From: Nanobdellota archaeon
Lineage (GTDB): Archaea > Nanobdellota > Nanobdellia > Woesearchaeales > UBA9642
Direction: 5' to 3'
Assembly: GCA_021813435.1 (NCBI GenBank)
Contig: JAKAKR010000012.1
Location: 9,982 to 73,981 of the forward strand
DNA length: 64,000 nt
A program made the position numbers and the translations under genes. The notes under the pieces are model-generated. The model was given only the letters and a program-made list of their open reading frames with translations, searched no databases and had not been told where the DNA came from. Position 1 is the first letter of the stretch. Every line of letters begins with the position of its first letter. Positions 1 through 10,624 of this stretch are shown piece by piece.

Positions 1-2426
1 GTTGTTGTTGGTGGAGTAATATCAAGGAGTGCAGTAGTGTTTTTTGCAGTCTCGATATTGCCTGCATTGTCGACGCTGTAGAACGAAACACTATGGTTTC
101 CACTCGTGTTGATGACTATTGTCGTCCCATTTGCCCAGACTCCATCGACAGCATATGTGGTATAATTGACTCCGGATAATGCATCAGTTCTATTCAGTGT
201 GATGTTGAATGCTGCATTCTGCCAGACAGTTGCTCTTGCACCGACATTGCTGGTTGTGTTTGGAGCAGTGTTATCTTTGTAAAAGATAATCGAACTCGTA
301 GCATTGTTTCCGACAGGTGCCGGTCCATAATCGTAGGCTGTTACTGAAAGATTGTATGTGCCATCAGTGGAAACATTTGGCGTAAATACGCAATTGAACA
401 CTTCGCTGCCGACACTTATCGCATTACAATTTGCAGTGTTGGACGCGTTGGAGAAGCTTGCAACCACTGTTCCGTTGAGGGAGAAGTATGCTGCACTGAT
501 CTCTGTTCCTGTACCGTTCAATGTCACATTGATGAGATTCACATTCTGCAATCCCTGGCCCGAGATGGGGTAGTTGAATGCAATGATTGGTGCAACATTA
601 TCAGTCACATTGTATCCGGAGAATCCTCCAACAGTAAACTGGAGTGTTCCCTGCGGGACTAAGATGCTCATGTTCAACTGCGCAATGGTGATGTTGAACG
701 GTGTTCCCGGAGTCCACGAATCAATTGTAACTCCTGCAGTTCTGCTCGAATTATCCGCAAGGATTGCAGGCATTGTCGCAAATGGTATATTATACAATGT
801 GATTGTGGTATTAGTGTTGAGTTCTGCAAATGCAGTGTCATTCACATAGATCCTGGTGAGTCCGAACTCATGCGGCGCGCTGATATTGACCTGGAGCGCA
901 TTCTGGAGGTTTGCAAGCTTTGCACCAATGCCTGGCGAGGACATGTCAAGTGATGAGAAATTCATCATCATGACTGGCTGGAATCCCGTCCATGGCGATG
1001 AACCGTTTCCTTGTCCAGAAAGGCATGAACCATTCATTTCCATCTGGATTACAAAGTTCACGTTTGAAAAATTCATTTCCTTAGAGAAGTTTGTCGTCAG
1101 ATTGCCAAATCGCATGCAGGAGTTTGCGCCCATGGATGGAACGCCCATATCATGGAGCAGAATAGTAACAGGACTTGTGGTAAAATTCACATTGTTCACT
1201 GCATCCTCTGCAAGGAACGTAATCCCTGCACCTACTGGCGGCTGTCCATAAGCAGGTATCGCTGCTGTAACATTACAGGAACCCTCATAATATCCTGATG
1301 TTAGATTATACGTGAGGTTGAGCATTCCGCCGCTCGTACACGTAACGCCAGTCATGTTCGTGAAGTTTGCCTGGACAAAGGAAACACCACTGCCGCCGTC
1401 AGTCACATTCGCATGCACATGCACAGTATTGTCGTACGGCGAATAGAAGACATCAGTGTCAGTGCTATTATACGTAACAATTGCTGGCGATGTGGTGTCA
1501 TGTAAGAGTGTTTGATTATCTATGGTCTCATTATTACCCACAGAATCTACACTATAATAGCGGATATACGATACACCTTCAGTGCTCACATCTATGGGCG
1601 TACCATTAAATAGCGTTGATGGGGTGCAAGTTGGCCCGTTAGTACAATAATAAGTTGCGTTGCATCCGGACGCATCAGTACAGGAGAGGTTAATCGCAAG
1701 TACCGGGACACTTGTCCATACACCAAAGGCTGAGAAGCTGAGCGGTGTTGCAGTAGTTGTCGGCGGAGTAGTGTCAGTACCTTTTGCAGTCAAAGTAAGC
1801 GGATTTTGATTATAGAATGCAAATTTCACTGTTCCTGTTTGCAATCCTGCAACTCCTGCATGCAAATTGAATTGATGTCCAGCGGCGACTACACTTGAGG
1901 CAGTATTTATGGTAAAGTTTATCTGTACTTCTCCATTCATTGCTGTTGTTGTAGTATACGCATCATTGCCGTATCCCGAAGCATATCCATAACCATATCC
2001 CGCATAAGTCTCATTGCCTGTCGTATACTGTCCTGTTGTAGTATCATACCCGTAACCGTATCCTGCACCGGTTGTTGTTGTCGTGTAAACGGCATTATTT
2101 GTTACTGCATCAATACTTGCAATAGCACAAACTAAGGCATCAGAAGACAGGGCAGCATCTAAAGCATGTGTGGTGAAATTAAAATAACAATTATACGTTG
2201 TAGAAGTGTTTGCATCAATCAATTGGAGCGCAATAACATCCAAGGGGATATAATCTGTAGTGTGAATATCGACAGAAGCAGTATATTTCCAAACACCATT
2301 CGATGTTCCATCTGCAGTGTTGGTAATCCCGACAGTGATTGCCTGCGCAGGACCTGCAAACAGCAATGCAGCAATAATGGCTATCGTAATAGCCACTGAA
2401 AAGATTTTTGGAACATTTTTATTCAT
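1..2426 (-). CDS. Large secreted/surface protein with Ig-like repeats and GYGYGY motifs; runs off the left window edge (partial)
   Basis: Manually translated from ATG at 2426, preceded by SD-like AGGTGAGG: MNKNVPKIFSVAITIAIIAALLFAGPAQA (signal peptide), then GAGYGYGYD..YAGYGYGYASGYG, DTTPPTTT linkers and YYSVDSVGNNE / FYSVDNAGNIE Ig-like repeat ends; Thr/Asn-rich with many NxS/T sequons. Absent from the ORF track because no stop falls in the window. Confidence 0.85.
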   Translation of the reverse strand, partial: MNKNVPKIFSVAITIAIIAALLFAGPAQAITVGITNTADGTSNGVWKYTASVDIHTTDYIPLDVIALQLIDANTSTTYNCYFNFTTHALDAALSSDALVCAIASIDAVTNNAVYTTTTTGAGYGYGYDTTTGQYTTGNETYAGYGYGYASGYGNDAYTTTTAMNGEVQINFTINTASSVVAAGHQFNLHAGVAGLQTGTVKFAFYNQNPLTLTAKGTDTTPPTTTATPLSFSAFGVWTSVPVLAINLSCTDASGCNATYYCTNGPTCTPSTLFNGTPIDVSTEGVSYIRYYSVDSVGNNETIDNQTLLHDTTSPAIVTYNSTDTDVFYSPYDNTVHVHANVTDGGSGVSFVQANFTNMTGVTCTSGGMLNLTYNLTSGYYEGSCNVTAAIPAYGQPPVGAGITFLAEDAVNNVNFTTSPVTILLHDMGVPSMGANSCMRFGNLTTNFSKEMNFSNVNFVIQMEMNGSCLSGQGNGSSPWTGFQPVMMMNFSSLDMSSPGIGAKLANLQNALQVNISAPHEFGLTRIYVNDTAFAELNTNTTITLYNIPFATMPAILADNSSRTAGVTIDSWTPGTPFNITIAQLNMSILVPQGTLQFTVGGFSGYNVTDNVAPIIAFNYPISGQGLQNVNLINVTLNGTGTEISAAYFSLNGTVVASFSNASNTANCNAISVGSEVFNCVFTPNVSTDGTYNLSVTAYDYGPAPVGNNATSSIIFYKDNTAPNTTSNVGARATVWQNAAFNITLNRTDALSGVNYTTYAVDGVWANGTTIVINTSGNHSVSFYSVDNAGNIETAKNTTALLDITPPTT

Positions 2427-2517
2427 TTCTAATCCCTCACCTAGTAATACACCCCAATTAAGAGGTGTACACGTATGAATATTTATAAATATTGCGGAAA
2501 AAACACTAATAGTATTA

Positions 2518-4113
2518 TTATGAACGAGTGATAACTATGATCACAATAACGAGTGCAAGGATGCTGATTATCATCCCGATGATAAAACCTACAGGCACCG
2601 GATGAGTAGTAGTGACCTGTTGTGCGGGGAGATGATAGATAGTGATGCATGAGTCTTCATGAACTATAGTCGCATTGATCTTATACGCAGGATAATGCGC
2701 GCAGTGGTCATAGAGGATATATTCGACTGCCTGATTTTCAAGGCAAGTGATTGATTGATTAGCAAGGCAGATCGTGATATTTTTCTGGAATGCAGTGGTA
2801 GTACCCCACGCATCAGGACCAGTCAGGATTATTGGTTTGACGATATTATTTATTGGTACAGGTATCCTGCCATCCGGACTCGCTCTTGTTGTCCAGTTAT
2901 AGGTGAGATATAGTTCCCAGGGGAGATAGATGCTCTTGCCCCGGATGACTTGTGCGTCCATATATGCTGCAGTGCTCTTGTAGGAGTCAGGATAATTGGT
3001 GGCATGGATTTGATTATTCAGGTTGATCAAAGGAAGTGAGAGGAGAGCTATGGTCATTACTGCAATAATTATGGGAATGAATTTCTTCATCTTTGACTGG
3101 AGATAAATGACTGCTTCAGGTATGAGAAATGCGTATGCTAATGCGACTAATGCGACGAATTTGTGACTGTCCCGAAAACCGTTAAAGAATGGAACATTAT
3201 TGAAGAGGAAACTAAAGAGGTTTTGCGTGAATGGATGACTGATACCCACTGCAAGTAAAATTCCCGCCCACCATAATGCAAAATAGAATGTATGCTTGGA
3301 ATTATGAAAATAGCCTATGAGGAAGAGAATTAATAATAATGCAAGGAGAATATACCATAAGACTATCGGCAGCATACGGTATGATGTTTGGTATCCGACC
3401 TCCCTCCAAAAGCCATACATAGACATTATTTTAGCAATCGCAGGGACATCCTGCGATAATTTAGGTGCAAAGAATGATTCGTGCGTTATGGTAATATCAT
3501 TAAAGATCTGGTTCTGAAATAATCCCTGAATCCAAAATGCTGAAAGGGCAATTGTTAATATGAGGAAGAGTACAACGGGTTTGAGTTTCCTATTATGCTT
3601 ATAGAAGAACAATGAGAGGAGAAATAACCCGATTGTTATCGCAAAAAATTGCGCCTGGATCGAGCCAATGATCGCTGCTACAATAATTGCTTTGTATAAC
3701 GAGGTTTTATCCTTGTCCAGAATATAATAGATAAAGACCGGGAGGAGTAAGTACGCTAAAATAACACCCAACTGCCCGACCATGATACGGCTATAAATGA
3801 ATGGATTAAAAAAATAAATAAACGCGAAGAGAAGCGGGTATTTTGAGAGTTTTTTGATGTAGAAGTAGGAGAGAAGCATAGCGATGAGAATACCTAACGT
3901 GAACATGAAACCGTAACTGAAGATAAATGTAAAAATAGAATTGTTAAAGGAGTAATTACTCATTAACATAACTTTCGTAAAACCGTGATAGATTGACGGT
4001 GTATAATCCAATAGTAATAGATTTTGAAAAAGATTAGAAAAAAATATGACTATAACTACGGCGGCGATAATCAAATAACCGTAATAATCCTTGGATTTCA
4101 CTTCGAAAGCCAC
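2518..4113 (-). CDS. Polytopic membrane protein, GT-C-like (AftD/YfhO-like) putative lipid-linked glycosyltransferase
   Basis: Many TM helices; FAFIYFFNPFIYSR and FNGFRDSHKF motifs typical of AftD-N-like membrane proteins; lies in the glycosylation cluster. Confidence 0.6.
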   Translation of the reverse strand: MAFEVKSKDYYGYLIIAAVVIVIFFSNLFQNLLLLDYTPSIYHGFTKVMLMSNYSFNNSIFTFIFSYGFMFTLGILIAMLLSYFYIKKLSKYPLLFAFIYFFNPFIYSRIMVGQLGVILAYLLLPVFIYYILDKDKTSLYKAIIVAAIIGSIQAQFFAITIGLFLLSLFFYKHNRKLKPVVLFLILTIALSAFWIQGLFQNQIFNDITITHESFFAPKLSQDVPAIAKIMSMYGFWREVGYQTSYRMLPIVLWYILLALLLILFLIGYFHNSKHTFYFALWWAGILLAVGISHPFTQNLFSFLFNNVPFFNGFRDSHKFVALVALAYAFLIPEAVIYLQSKMKKFIPIIIAVMTIALLSLPLINLNNQIHATNYPDSYKSTAAYMDAQVIRGKSIYLPWELYLTYNWTTRASPDGRIPVPINNIVKPIILTGPDAWGTTTAFQKNITICLANQSITCLENQAVEYILYDHCAHYPAYKINATIVHEDSCITIYHLPAQQVTTTHPVPVGFIIGMIISILALVIVIIVITRS

Positions 4114-4661
4114 CTAACGATTCTGAATTTTATAAACCAATTATGCAATTTTTCTGCCCAGCGATCAGACTTATTCCTGCGCCAATCATAAAACAAGTAT
4201 GCAAAACAGAATACTAATGTTAACGACGATATGAGTAATCCTAAGTAAAAATACGATTGCGGACGGAAATACAAAGACAACTCAGCGTTTATTGAACCAT
4301 CTGGATTTGTAGTGTAGTAATCGTGAGATTGCTTAATGGTTGATGTATCAATCAACCAACTATTCGCATATCCAAATATAATTGTGTGAGTATCTCGAAA
4401 AATATCTTGATTAAATATAAATCGTGTGTGATTTGTATGTGAATTGATCAAGTAAATTCTCCATTCGGGATTGTAATTATTTAGATAAACTAATGATGCG
4501 TTATCCGTGAGGTGATTTAATGAAATAATATACTCTTCATTGCTTACCTTGTTAATTGAACAGTTAACATTTTTGCAGTATAAAACATTTGAAGCATAGA
4601 CAGTTGGTATTGCTATCAGACCAAGTATCAATAAAATTATGCCGTAATTTAAAATTGTCAT
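4098..4661 (-). CDS. Membrane-anchored protein resembling the C-terminal module of GT-C-like surface proteins
   Basis: N-terminal hydrophobic segment, GYANSW and YFRPQSYFYLGLLIS motifs followed by a C-terminal TM helix. Confidence 0.55.
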   Translation of the reverse strand: MTILNYGIILLILGLIAIPTVYASNVLYCKNVNCSINKVSNEEYIISLNHLTDNASLVYLNNYNPEWRIYLINSHTNHTRFIFNQDIFRDTHTIIFGYANSWLIDTSTIKQSHDYYTTNPDGSINAELSLYFRPQSYFYLGLLISSLTLVFCFAYLFYDWRRNKSDRWAEKLHNWFIKFRIVRWLSK

Positions 4662-5587
4662 AGTTTTCGCGCCTCTAAATAGATGTGATCAGATTCGAAT
4701 TTTATCAAATGCACCCCAATAAAGGTGATAGGTGTTAAACCTATTTCGAAAATACTCACGAGTATATCCCGGATTTTATATTTGTATAAGGATGAACGCG
4801 TTGACTTAATAATAGCATTCCCATTTCTTTTGGATATTTTTTTCCTCCTGTATCCGTGATTGAAAATTTTATCGTAAGTCATGGTTTTAATCCACATATA
4901 GGTGTCATGATTTGTAAATCTCAAAGGTTTGCAATAAACAACTTTAAATCCTTGGTTTTTTACAAGGTAATTTAATGATTCAGTTGTCCATTTAGTCAGG
5001 TGATGGGGTGGGCTATCACCTTGTTTAAAGATATAATCGGGTTTTCGAGTATAATTCGGTACAGAAATTACCAGTAAGCCATCTTTTTTTAATATTTTGT
5101 TACAACTCTGTATTAAACTCAAAGGGTTATCAACATGTTCAAGAACATCAATTAAGGTAACATAATCAAATCTACCGAATTTGAATAGTTTCGGCGAAGA
5201 TAAGGGAATATTATACACGTTCTTTAATCGATATTTTTGTTTACAAACATTTAGAGCAACACTATCAAAATCTAACCCATACACATTAAAGTTATACTTC
5301 TTAGCATGATGTATGAACCTTCCTGTTCCACACGCAATATCTATTAATTTTCCAGGCGTATTTCTTTTTATAAAATACTGCTGTGCTTCGTTAATATTGA
5401 ATCTATCAACATTATGTAAATCCAATTTTTCATAAAATTTTTCGTAAAATACACTTCCGGGATTCTTGAAAGGATCGCAAAATATTAGGCTACAATTACG
5501 ACAGGAGTATATCGCGTAGTTATTATAGCTATCAATACGTGTTGAATCTATAGTATTACATACTGGGCATTTTTTTCCATTTTTCAT
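4658..5587 (-). CDS. Class I SAM-dependent methyltransferase with N-terminal Cys motifs
   Basis: CPVC/CRNC pair, LIDIACGTG motif I, DVLEHV and PPHHL motifs. Confidence 0.85.
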   Translation of the reverse strand: MKNGKKCPVCNTIDSTRIDSYNNYAIYSCRNCSLIFCDPFKNPGSVFYEKFYEKLDLHNVDRFNINEAQQYFIKRNTPGKLIDIACGTGRFIHHAKKYNFNVYGLDFDSVALNVCKQKYRLKNVYNIPLSSPKLFKFGRFDYVTLIDVLEHVDNPLSLIQSCNKILKKDGLLVISVPNYTRKPDYIFKQGDSPPHHLTKWTTESLNYLVKNQGFKVVYCKPLRFTNHDTYMWIKTMTYDKIFNHGYRRKKISKRNGNAIIKSTRSSLYKYKIRDILVSIFEIGLTPITFIGVHLIKFESDHIYLEARKL

Positions 5588-5607
5588 TTAATACCTCATA
5601 TTTCGTA

Positions 5608-7320
5608 TTATGAATTTTTATTATCGCACACTTTATATATCTTTATATTATCAGTATTATATATACGCTCAAAATTTTTTTCAAAAAAAGGCAGCCATTG
5701 TTGCGGGCTCTTTATTTGATATTGTTGGGTATCAATATACCCCGACCATAGCACGTAATCTGTTGCAATGATATCCATGCTGTTGCAGAAGGACGTCACA
5801 TTATTATCCAGTATGGCTTGGTTTATAGGTCGTAATAATTTGGATGCCGATCCTGCTGAATTGGTATTCGCTAATACATTAAAATTTGTTGCAGTTTCAT
5901 AAACATTAAATCCTCTTGTTGAAAAGTTAAAAATAGGGAATGGCGTTATCGGCACTAATAAAATTCTTGTATCGCTCATATTAGTAGTTATATAATTTAT
6001 GGAATTAAGTACTTCAATGGGGACATGAATATTTGAACTATTGTAAAAGTCAGGAGTATAAAGTGGTCTGGCTAAGATTAATAACGGCAAGCAAAACACA
6101 ACAACAATTAATAATTTATGTCTCTGTTTATCTAATAAATGTTTCAAAAGCAGTCCAAGAGAGATAGTGAAAATGAATAATACCAAAAAATAAATTTTGT
6201 AGCTGTTTCTAAGCGCGTTAAAAAAAATAAAATTTCCGGACAGATATTTATAAATTGTATTAAATAATGGCGGCGCATGTACCCCCGACATCAAAAAAAT
6301 ACTAATAAGAAATAACGTCATTAATAATAGCGATATTTTTTTATACCGTGATTTACTCAATAACAGGAACATTAGAGCCAAAACAATCACTCCATAATAT
6401 GCAAGAAAGGTGTAATACGGGTTCAGATAATACGTCGTTGCAGAAGGTATTGAATACGCACCGTTATAATAATAGTAATAGGATGTCATTCCCATTATTT
6501 TATAGGTCTCAACTAGGTAGCTATTTGATTGGGTAAACGTAGGATTTTCTAGACTTAACATTTCGTTAACTAAAGGTCCCTGCGTAGTCTGTGGTAGAAC
6601 GATGGCTGTGTATATATATGGAAACCCCAGTAGTAAGAAGATCAAAAAAGATGATAAAATGAAGATACATAACTTTTTTAATGATATTTTTTTGTACAAA
6701 AAGCCCAATATGAGCATAAATAGAAGACCAAACGCGATATAAATATAAAAAATAACTTGAATCCCTAAAAATAAGAATAAAAATAGCGCAAATATCACAG
6801 AGTAGTAAAAAATATTATTGCATTCGTTATCAATAAATGATAGTAGTATATATACTAACAGCGGGAATAATGCATAAACCAGATTAAATGAGAAAGGCAT
6901 TACTGGCAAAAATTGTGATGGAACAAAGAAGATGTAAAAAAAACCTACTATAAGCTCTATAAGTTGGTTCGATTTTACAGCTAATAAAGACAAAATCTTC
7001 CTAAATGACAATCCTACGCCTATAGCGCCTAGAACATAAATGCCCCACCACAGCAGTATAACGCCGATTTTATGGCTAAATAATTTTGATAACACATTTA
7101 AAAACAGATAAAATGGCGCATAATACCCCGGTATTATACCTAAATCTTTGCCTGCCCATATGTTTATAAAGTTGGAAATGTGAAAATTATTGAAGCCCCA
7201 AAAGAATTCAAAATCAATATTAGACGCAATAATAAATTGTACTAATGGCAGCAAGGCTAATATTAGAATGTGCCAATTATCTTTAACAAATTTTTTGAAT
7301 TTGAATTGTTCTATAATCAT
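5608..7320 (-). CDS. Polytopic membrane protein, GT-C-like (AftD-like)
   Basis: About 12 TM helices, ALRNSYK motif, extracellular C-terminal domain; distant paralog of 2518-4113. Confidence 0.55.
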   Translation of the reverse strand: MIIEQFKFKKFVKDNWHILILALLPLVQFIIASNIDFEFFWGFNNFHISNFINIWAGKDLGIIPGYYAPFYLFLNVLSKLFSHKIGVILLWWGIYVLGAIGVGLSFRKILSLLAVKSNQLIELIVGFFYIFFVPSQFLPVMPFSFNLVYALFPLLVYILLSFIDNECNNIFYYSVIFALFLFLFLGIQVIFYIYIAFGLLFMLILGFLYKKISLKKLCIFILSSFLIFLLLGFPYIYTAIVLPQTTQGPLVNEMLSLENPTFTQSNSYLVETYKIMGMTSYYYYYNGAYSIPSATTYYLNPYYTFLAYYGVIVLALMFLLLSKSRYKKISLLLMTLFLISIFLMSGVHAPPLFNTIYKYLSGNFIFFNALRNSYKIYFLVLFIFTISLGLLLKHLLDKQRHKLLIVVVFCLPLLILARPLYTPDFYNSSNIHVPIEVLNSINYITTNMSDTRILLVPITPFPIFNFSTRGFNVYETATNFNVLANTNSAGSASKLLRPINQAILDNNVTSFCNSMDIIATDYVLWSGYIDTQQYQIKSPQQWLPFFEKNFERIYNTDNIKIYKVCDNKNS

Positions 7321-8441
7321 CTTCTTAAATGTTTAAAATAAAACATACCGATTTTATGAATCAAATTACTCGGTAATAAATAAGCCAGTAATATGATGAA
7401 ATTGTTCTTTACAGAGTATCTTGCTTGAGGAATAGTCTTAAAAACCAATGTTAAATTATCTGTAATATTTTTATTTTTAGCATTAAAATTTGGCGTTTTT
7501 GAAGCAATTCGTAGTAACCGTCCTTTAATTGAAAAAAAATCTTTTTCAAATGCTCGAAGGAGTAATCCTTTTAGATACGGTATCTCGATTTTATTTTTTC
7601 TGCAAAATATCACTAATTTATCGATAAATAATAAATATTGTTTAACTCCCTCAACAGTAGCGTTCATTTTATTACTTATATTTGGGTGGATACGGTAATC
7701 AATAAGTGGTTTATCGATATATGCACAAGGAGCCAAGCAGCAAATTGAAGATACAACCAAACTGTCGTGTCCATAAAATAATTCTGGATCTGAGCCGCCT
7801 ATTTTTTTGTATAATCGTTTATTAAAAATATGGTTTGGAAATGCTGTCGGTAATACCACGGCATATTTGCCTCCGCGCATAGGAATGCTCATCATAGTAA
7901 AATTACCCAACATATCTGTCTTCTCAAAAACAATAACATCGCGCATATTTCTGAAATAATCCTCTTTATGTATTCGTTTTCTTGTTACTTTATGTAAATA
8001 TTTGCCATTTGCATCTATAAAGTTATTTGCAGTTACAACAAATCCAATATCGGGTTTTTTTTGTATTACCTTCCAACAATTAGAAAGATACTCTTTATGC
8101 ATTAAATCGTCATCTGATAAAAATTGAATCCATTCTGTGTTTGATTCGTTAACCAAGCGGCGCATACTTTCGATATATCCTCTGTTTTTTTTATTAATAA
8201 TAACTTTTATGCGTTTGTCGGTATATCTTTTTAATGTATCTATTGTCCCATCAGTACATCCATCGACACATATTAAGATTTCAAACTCTTTGAAATTTTG
8301 CTTTAAAACTGAATCTATAGTGCATTTTAATAATTCGTTTCGATTGAATGTAGGGATACATACACTAATTTTTGGATTTGCATTTATCATTTTGTTACTT
8401 ACCAAATTGTTTTTTAAAAACAGGCTTATATAGATCTTCAT
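7317..8441 (-). CDS. Glycosyltransferase family 2
   Basis: SVCIPTFNR, VDGCTDGT, FLSDDD motifs; true start probably the second Met (MINANPK). Confidence 0.9.
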   Translation of the reverse strand: MKIYISLFLKNNLVSNKMINANPKISVCIPTFNRNELLKCTIDSVLKQNFKEFEILICVDGCTDGTIDTLKRYTDKRIKVIINKKNRGYIESMRRLVNESNTEWIQFLSDDDLMHKEYLSNCWKVIQKKPDIGFVVTANNFIDANGKYLHKVTRKRIHKEDYFRNMRDVIVFEKTDMLGNFTMMSIPMRGGKYAVVLPTAFPNHIFNKRLYKKIGGSDPELFYGHDSLVVSSICCLAPCAYIDKPLIDYRIHPNISNKMNATVEGVKQYLLFIDKLVIFCRKNKIEIPYLKGLLLRAFEKDFFSIKGRLLRIASKTPNFNAKNKNITDNLTLVFKTIPQARYSVKNNFIILLAYLLPSNLIHKIGMFYFKHLRR

Positions 8442-9507
8442 AATAATAAGCGTTTAATAAATTATGTACACCTTTTACATAATACTGATAGTTGTTCGCA
8501 ATTGTTAGTATCGCGCGATACAGCTGCTTTTCTGAATAATCAATAACTATCCCCGCATGGTATTTGTTAATTATTTTCGAAAATTCAACGCACGCAGTAG
8601 TAATTACAGGATAACCGTAACTAAGATATTGCTTTATTTTAGTAGGATCTCCGAGATATTTAACTGCATCAGGCATATATGGCGCAACTGCAATGTAGTT
8701 ATAATTCCCTAATAGAACTCTAAGTTGAACTTCATCAACCACAGGCGTATATACGCTAGTATTGTTATGCTGGTAAGTTGCATTGCCACCCACAAATACA
8801 AATTGGTATTTATCTAGATTTTTAGCCACACTATCGATTAATGCGATTCCTTTAGCCTTATCAAACGTCCCGATATATAATACTCTTTTTTCTGTTTTAA
8901 CTAATTTTTTTGTGTTATTATCTATGCCTAAGGACTGAACAAACCCTTTTTTTATGTTCGATCCACGAAAGTAATTTTTCAAACTGCGGGAGATATACCA
9001 TCGATGATCCGCATGCTTTAAGCTACATCCCAGAACTTTGGCAGTGATATTCGATTTTAAACGGGATATAATATTATTTTTACTGATTCGCATGATGTCG
9101 CCCACTATATATATCGTATGTAGTTTAAGTAAATTTCCAAAAAAGATTAAGTAGGGGTTAGAGGAGATTAGAACAATGTTCTTATTGAGGTTGCGTAATC
9201 TGATTGATGATAGATTCACAAAGAATGATAAATAATAAAGAATCACAGAAAATACATCTTTGCTTTTTGAAGTGTATGTCGCTGTGACTTTACTTAGGGA
9301 TCCTTTCTTAAAAACCGTGATGTTGCTATCACCATTATGGACTATATCTGGAAAATATATAGAGTACAAAATAACATCTTCATAATTCTCTACTAAATAC
9401 TTAGGAATCGACCCGAGATTGAAACCTACATCGAAATTAGCGTATATTATTAGACTATTATTTAAAGTGTTATTTAATTTCATCTTTAACAATTTCATTC
9501 CAGTCAT
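8395..9507 (-). CDS. GT-B fold glycosyltransferase (GT4-like)
   Basis: LYIGTFD..KG and DPTKIKQYLSYGYPVITT C-terminal GT-B signature. Confidence 0.75.
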   Translation of the reverse strand: MTGMKLLKMKLNNTLNNSLIIYANFDVGFNLGSIPKYLVENYEDVILYSIYFPDIVHNGDSNITVFKKGSLSKVTATYTSKSKDVFSVILYYLSFFVNLSSIRLRNLNKNIVLISSNPYLIFFGNLLKLHTIYIVGDIMRISKNNIISRLKSNITAKVLGCSLKHADHRWYISRSLKNYFRGSNIKKGFVQSLGIDNNTKKLVKTEKRVLYIGTFDKAKGIALIDSVAKNLDKYQFVFVGGNATYQHNNTSVYTPVVDEVQLRVLLGNYNYIAVAPYMPDAVKYLGDPTKIKQYLSYGYPVITTACVEFSKIINKYHAGIVIDYSEKQLYRAILTIANNYQYYVKGVHNLLNAYYYEDLYKPVFKKQFGK

Positions 9508-10624
9508 ATTTTTTTACAAAATTATATGCCTTTTCAGCTAAGCGATGTCTTCTGCCTTCGTTGTTCAGGTACTGTAGTATCTTAGATGCGAAAATGTTTG
9601 TATTTGCAAACGGAATCCATTCAACATTATCTCTCCAAATCGGCACAATTTCCTTAAGATCATATGCCAATACTGGAACTTGAGCAGCCATAGCCTCTCC
9701 AATAACTATCGCCCAGTTTTCTTCATGGCTCGGAAGGACAAATAATTTTGCAGATTTAATTATTCTAAATTTTAAATTGAAATCATATATGGCTCCCAGT
9801 AGTATAATATTTGAATCTAAATTATTATCAGTAATGAATTTATTTATTTTATCAATTACCTCCTTATTTCCATCTCCAATTATGACGAGTGTTGCTCCGT
9901 GTCTTTTTTTGCATACTTCTTTCCAGATACTTAGAAGATCTAATACGCCCTTACCGTAGTTCAAACGCTTAATAAATACTGCATCATAATTCTTCTTTTG
10001 GACGGGAATTAAATTTATCTTAGCATAGTCAACGCCACAATACACTACGCGGATTTTACGTGAGGGAATGTGTTTAGTGCATATCAGTTTATTTTTCGTT
10101 ACTTTGGACACTGCCAGGATTTCGTCTGAAAAGTATTTAATAAGAAGACCGCTGATAACTCTATTAAGCCAATATGAATATCTTACGAACGCAGGAGTAT
10201 TCCCACGCGTATCTAACCACGGATATTCTTCTACCCAATGATATGCTGCGATCCATTTACTTTTTTGGGCTAATTTCACTCTCAAGGCAGGAAGAACATT
10301 ATAAATATGTTCACATGAACTATACACTATATCATATTGACTGTTCATGTAGCGAGATTTTATTATGGTTAATAGCGTAATGTAAAAATTTGAGGAGAAT
10401 GATGAACTTACAGAATAATTTATTGCTATTAATTTCGTGTACGGCACCTTAAGCTTCTTTGTTAATTCTTTGCCATTTTTGTTTGTTAATAAATGTACGT
10501 CATATTCATTCTGTTGGTAAATATGTCGCATGATTTCGAATAGTCTAATATCCCCGCCCGATATTGCGACTTTATTGTTATCTTTTGTTATACCGGTTGT
10601 AATAAATAATATTTTCTTTTTCAT
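9470..10624 (-). CDS. Glycosyltransferase family 4
   Basis: SGGD, RLNYGKG, LPSHEENWAIVIGEAMA (ExxxxxxxE) motifs. Confidence 0.9.
   Translation of the reverse strand: MKKKILFITTGITKDNNKVAISGGDIRLFEIMRHIYQQNEYDVHLLTNKNGKELTKKLKVPYTKLIAINYSVSSSFSSNFYITLLTIIKSRYMNSQYDIVYSSCEHIYNVLPALRVKLAQKSKWIAAYHWVEEYPWLDTRGNTPAFVRYSYWLNRVISGLLIKYFSDEILAVSKVTKNKLICTKHIPSRKIRVVYCGVDYAKINLIPVQKKNYDAVFIKRLNYGKGVLDLLSIWKEVCKKRHGATLVIIGDGNKEVIDKINKFITDNNLDSNIILLGAIYDFNLKFRIIKSAKLFVLPSHEENWAIVIGEAMAAQVPVLAYDLKEIVPIWRDNVEWIPFANTNIFASKILQYLNNEGRRHRLAEKAYNFVKKYDWNEIVKDEIK

Noticed and set aside
352..2399. Plus-strand ORFs 352-573, 574-849, 856-1251 and 2166-2399
   Set aside because: Antisense shadows of the long minus-strand surface-protein gene
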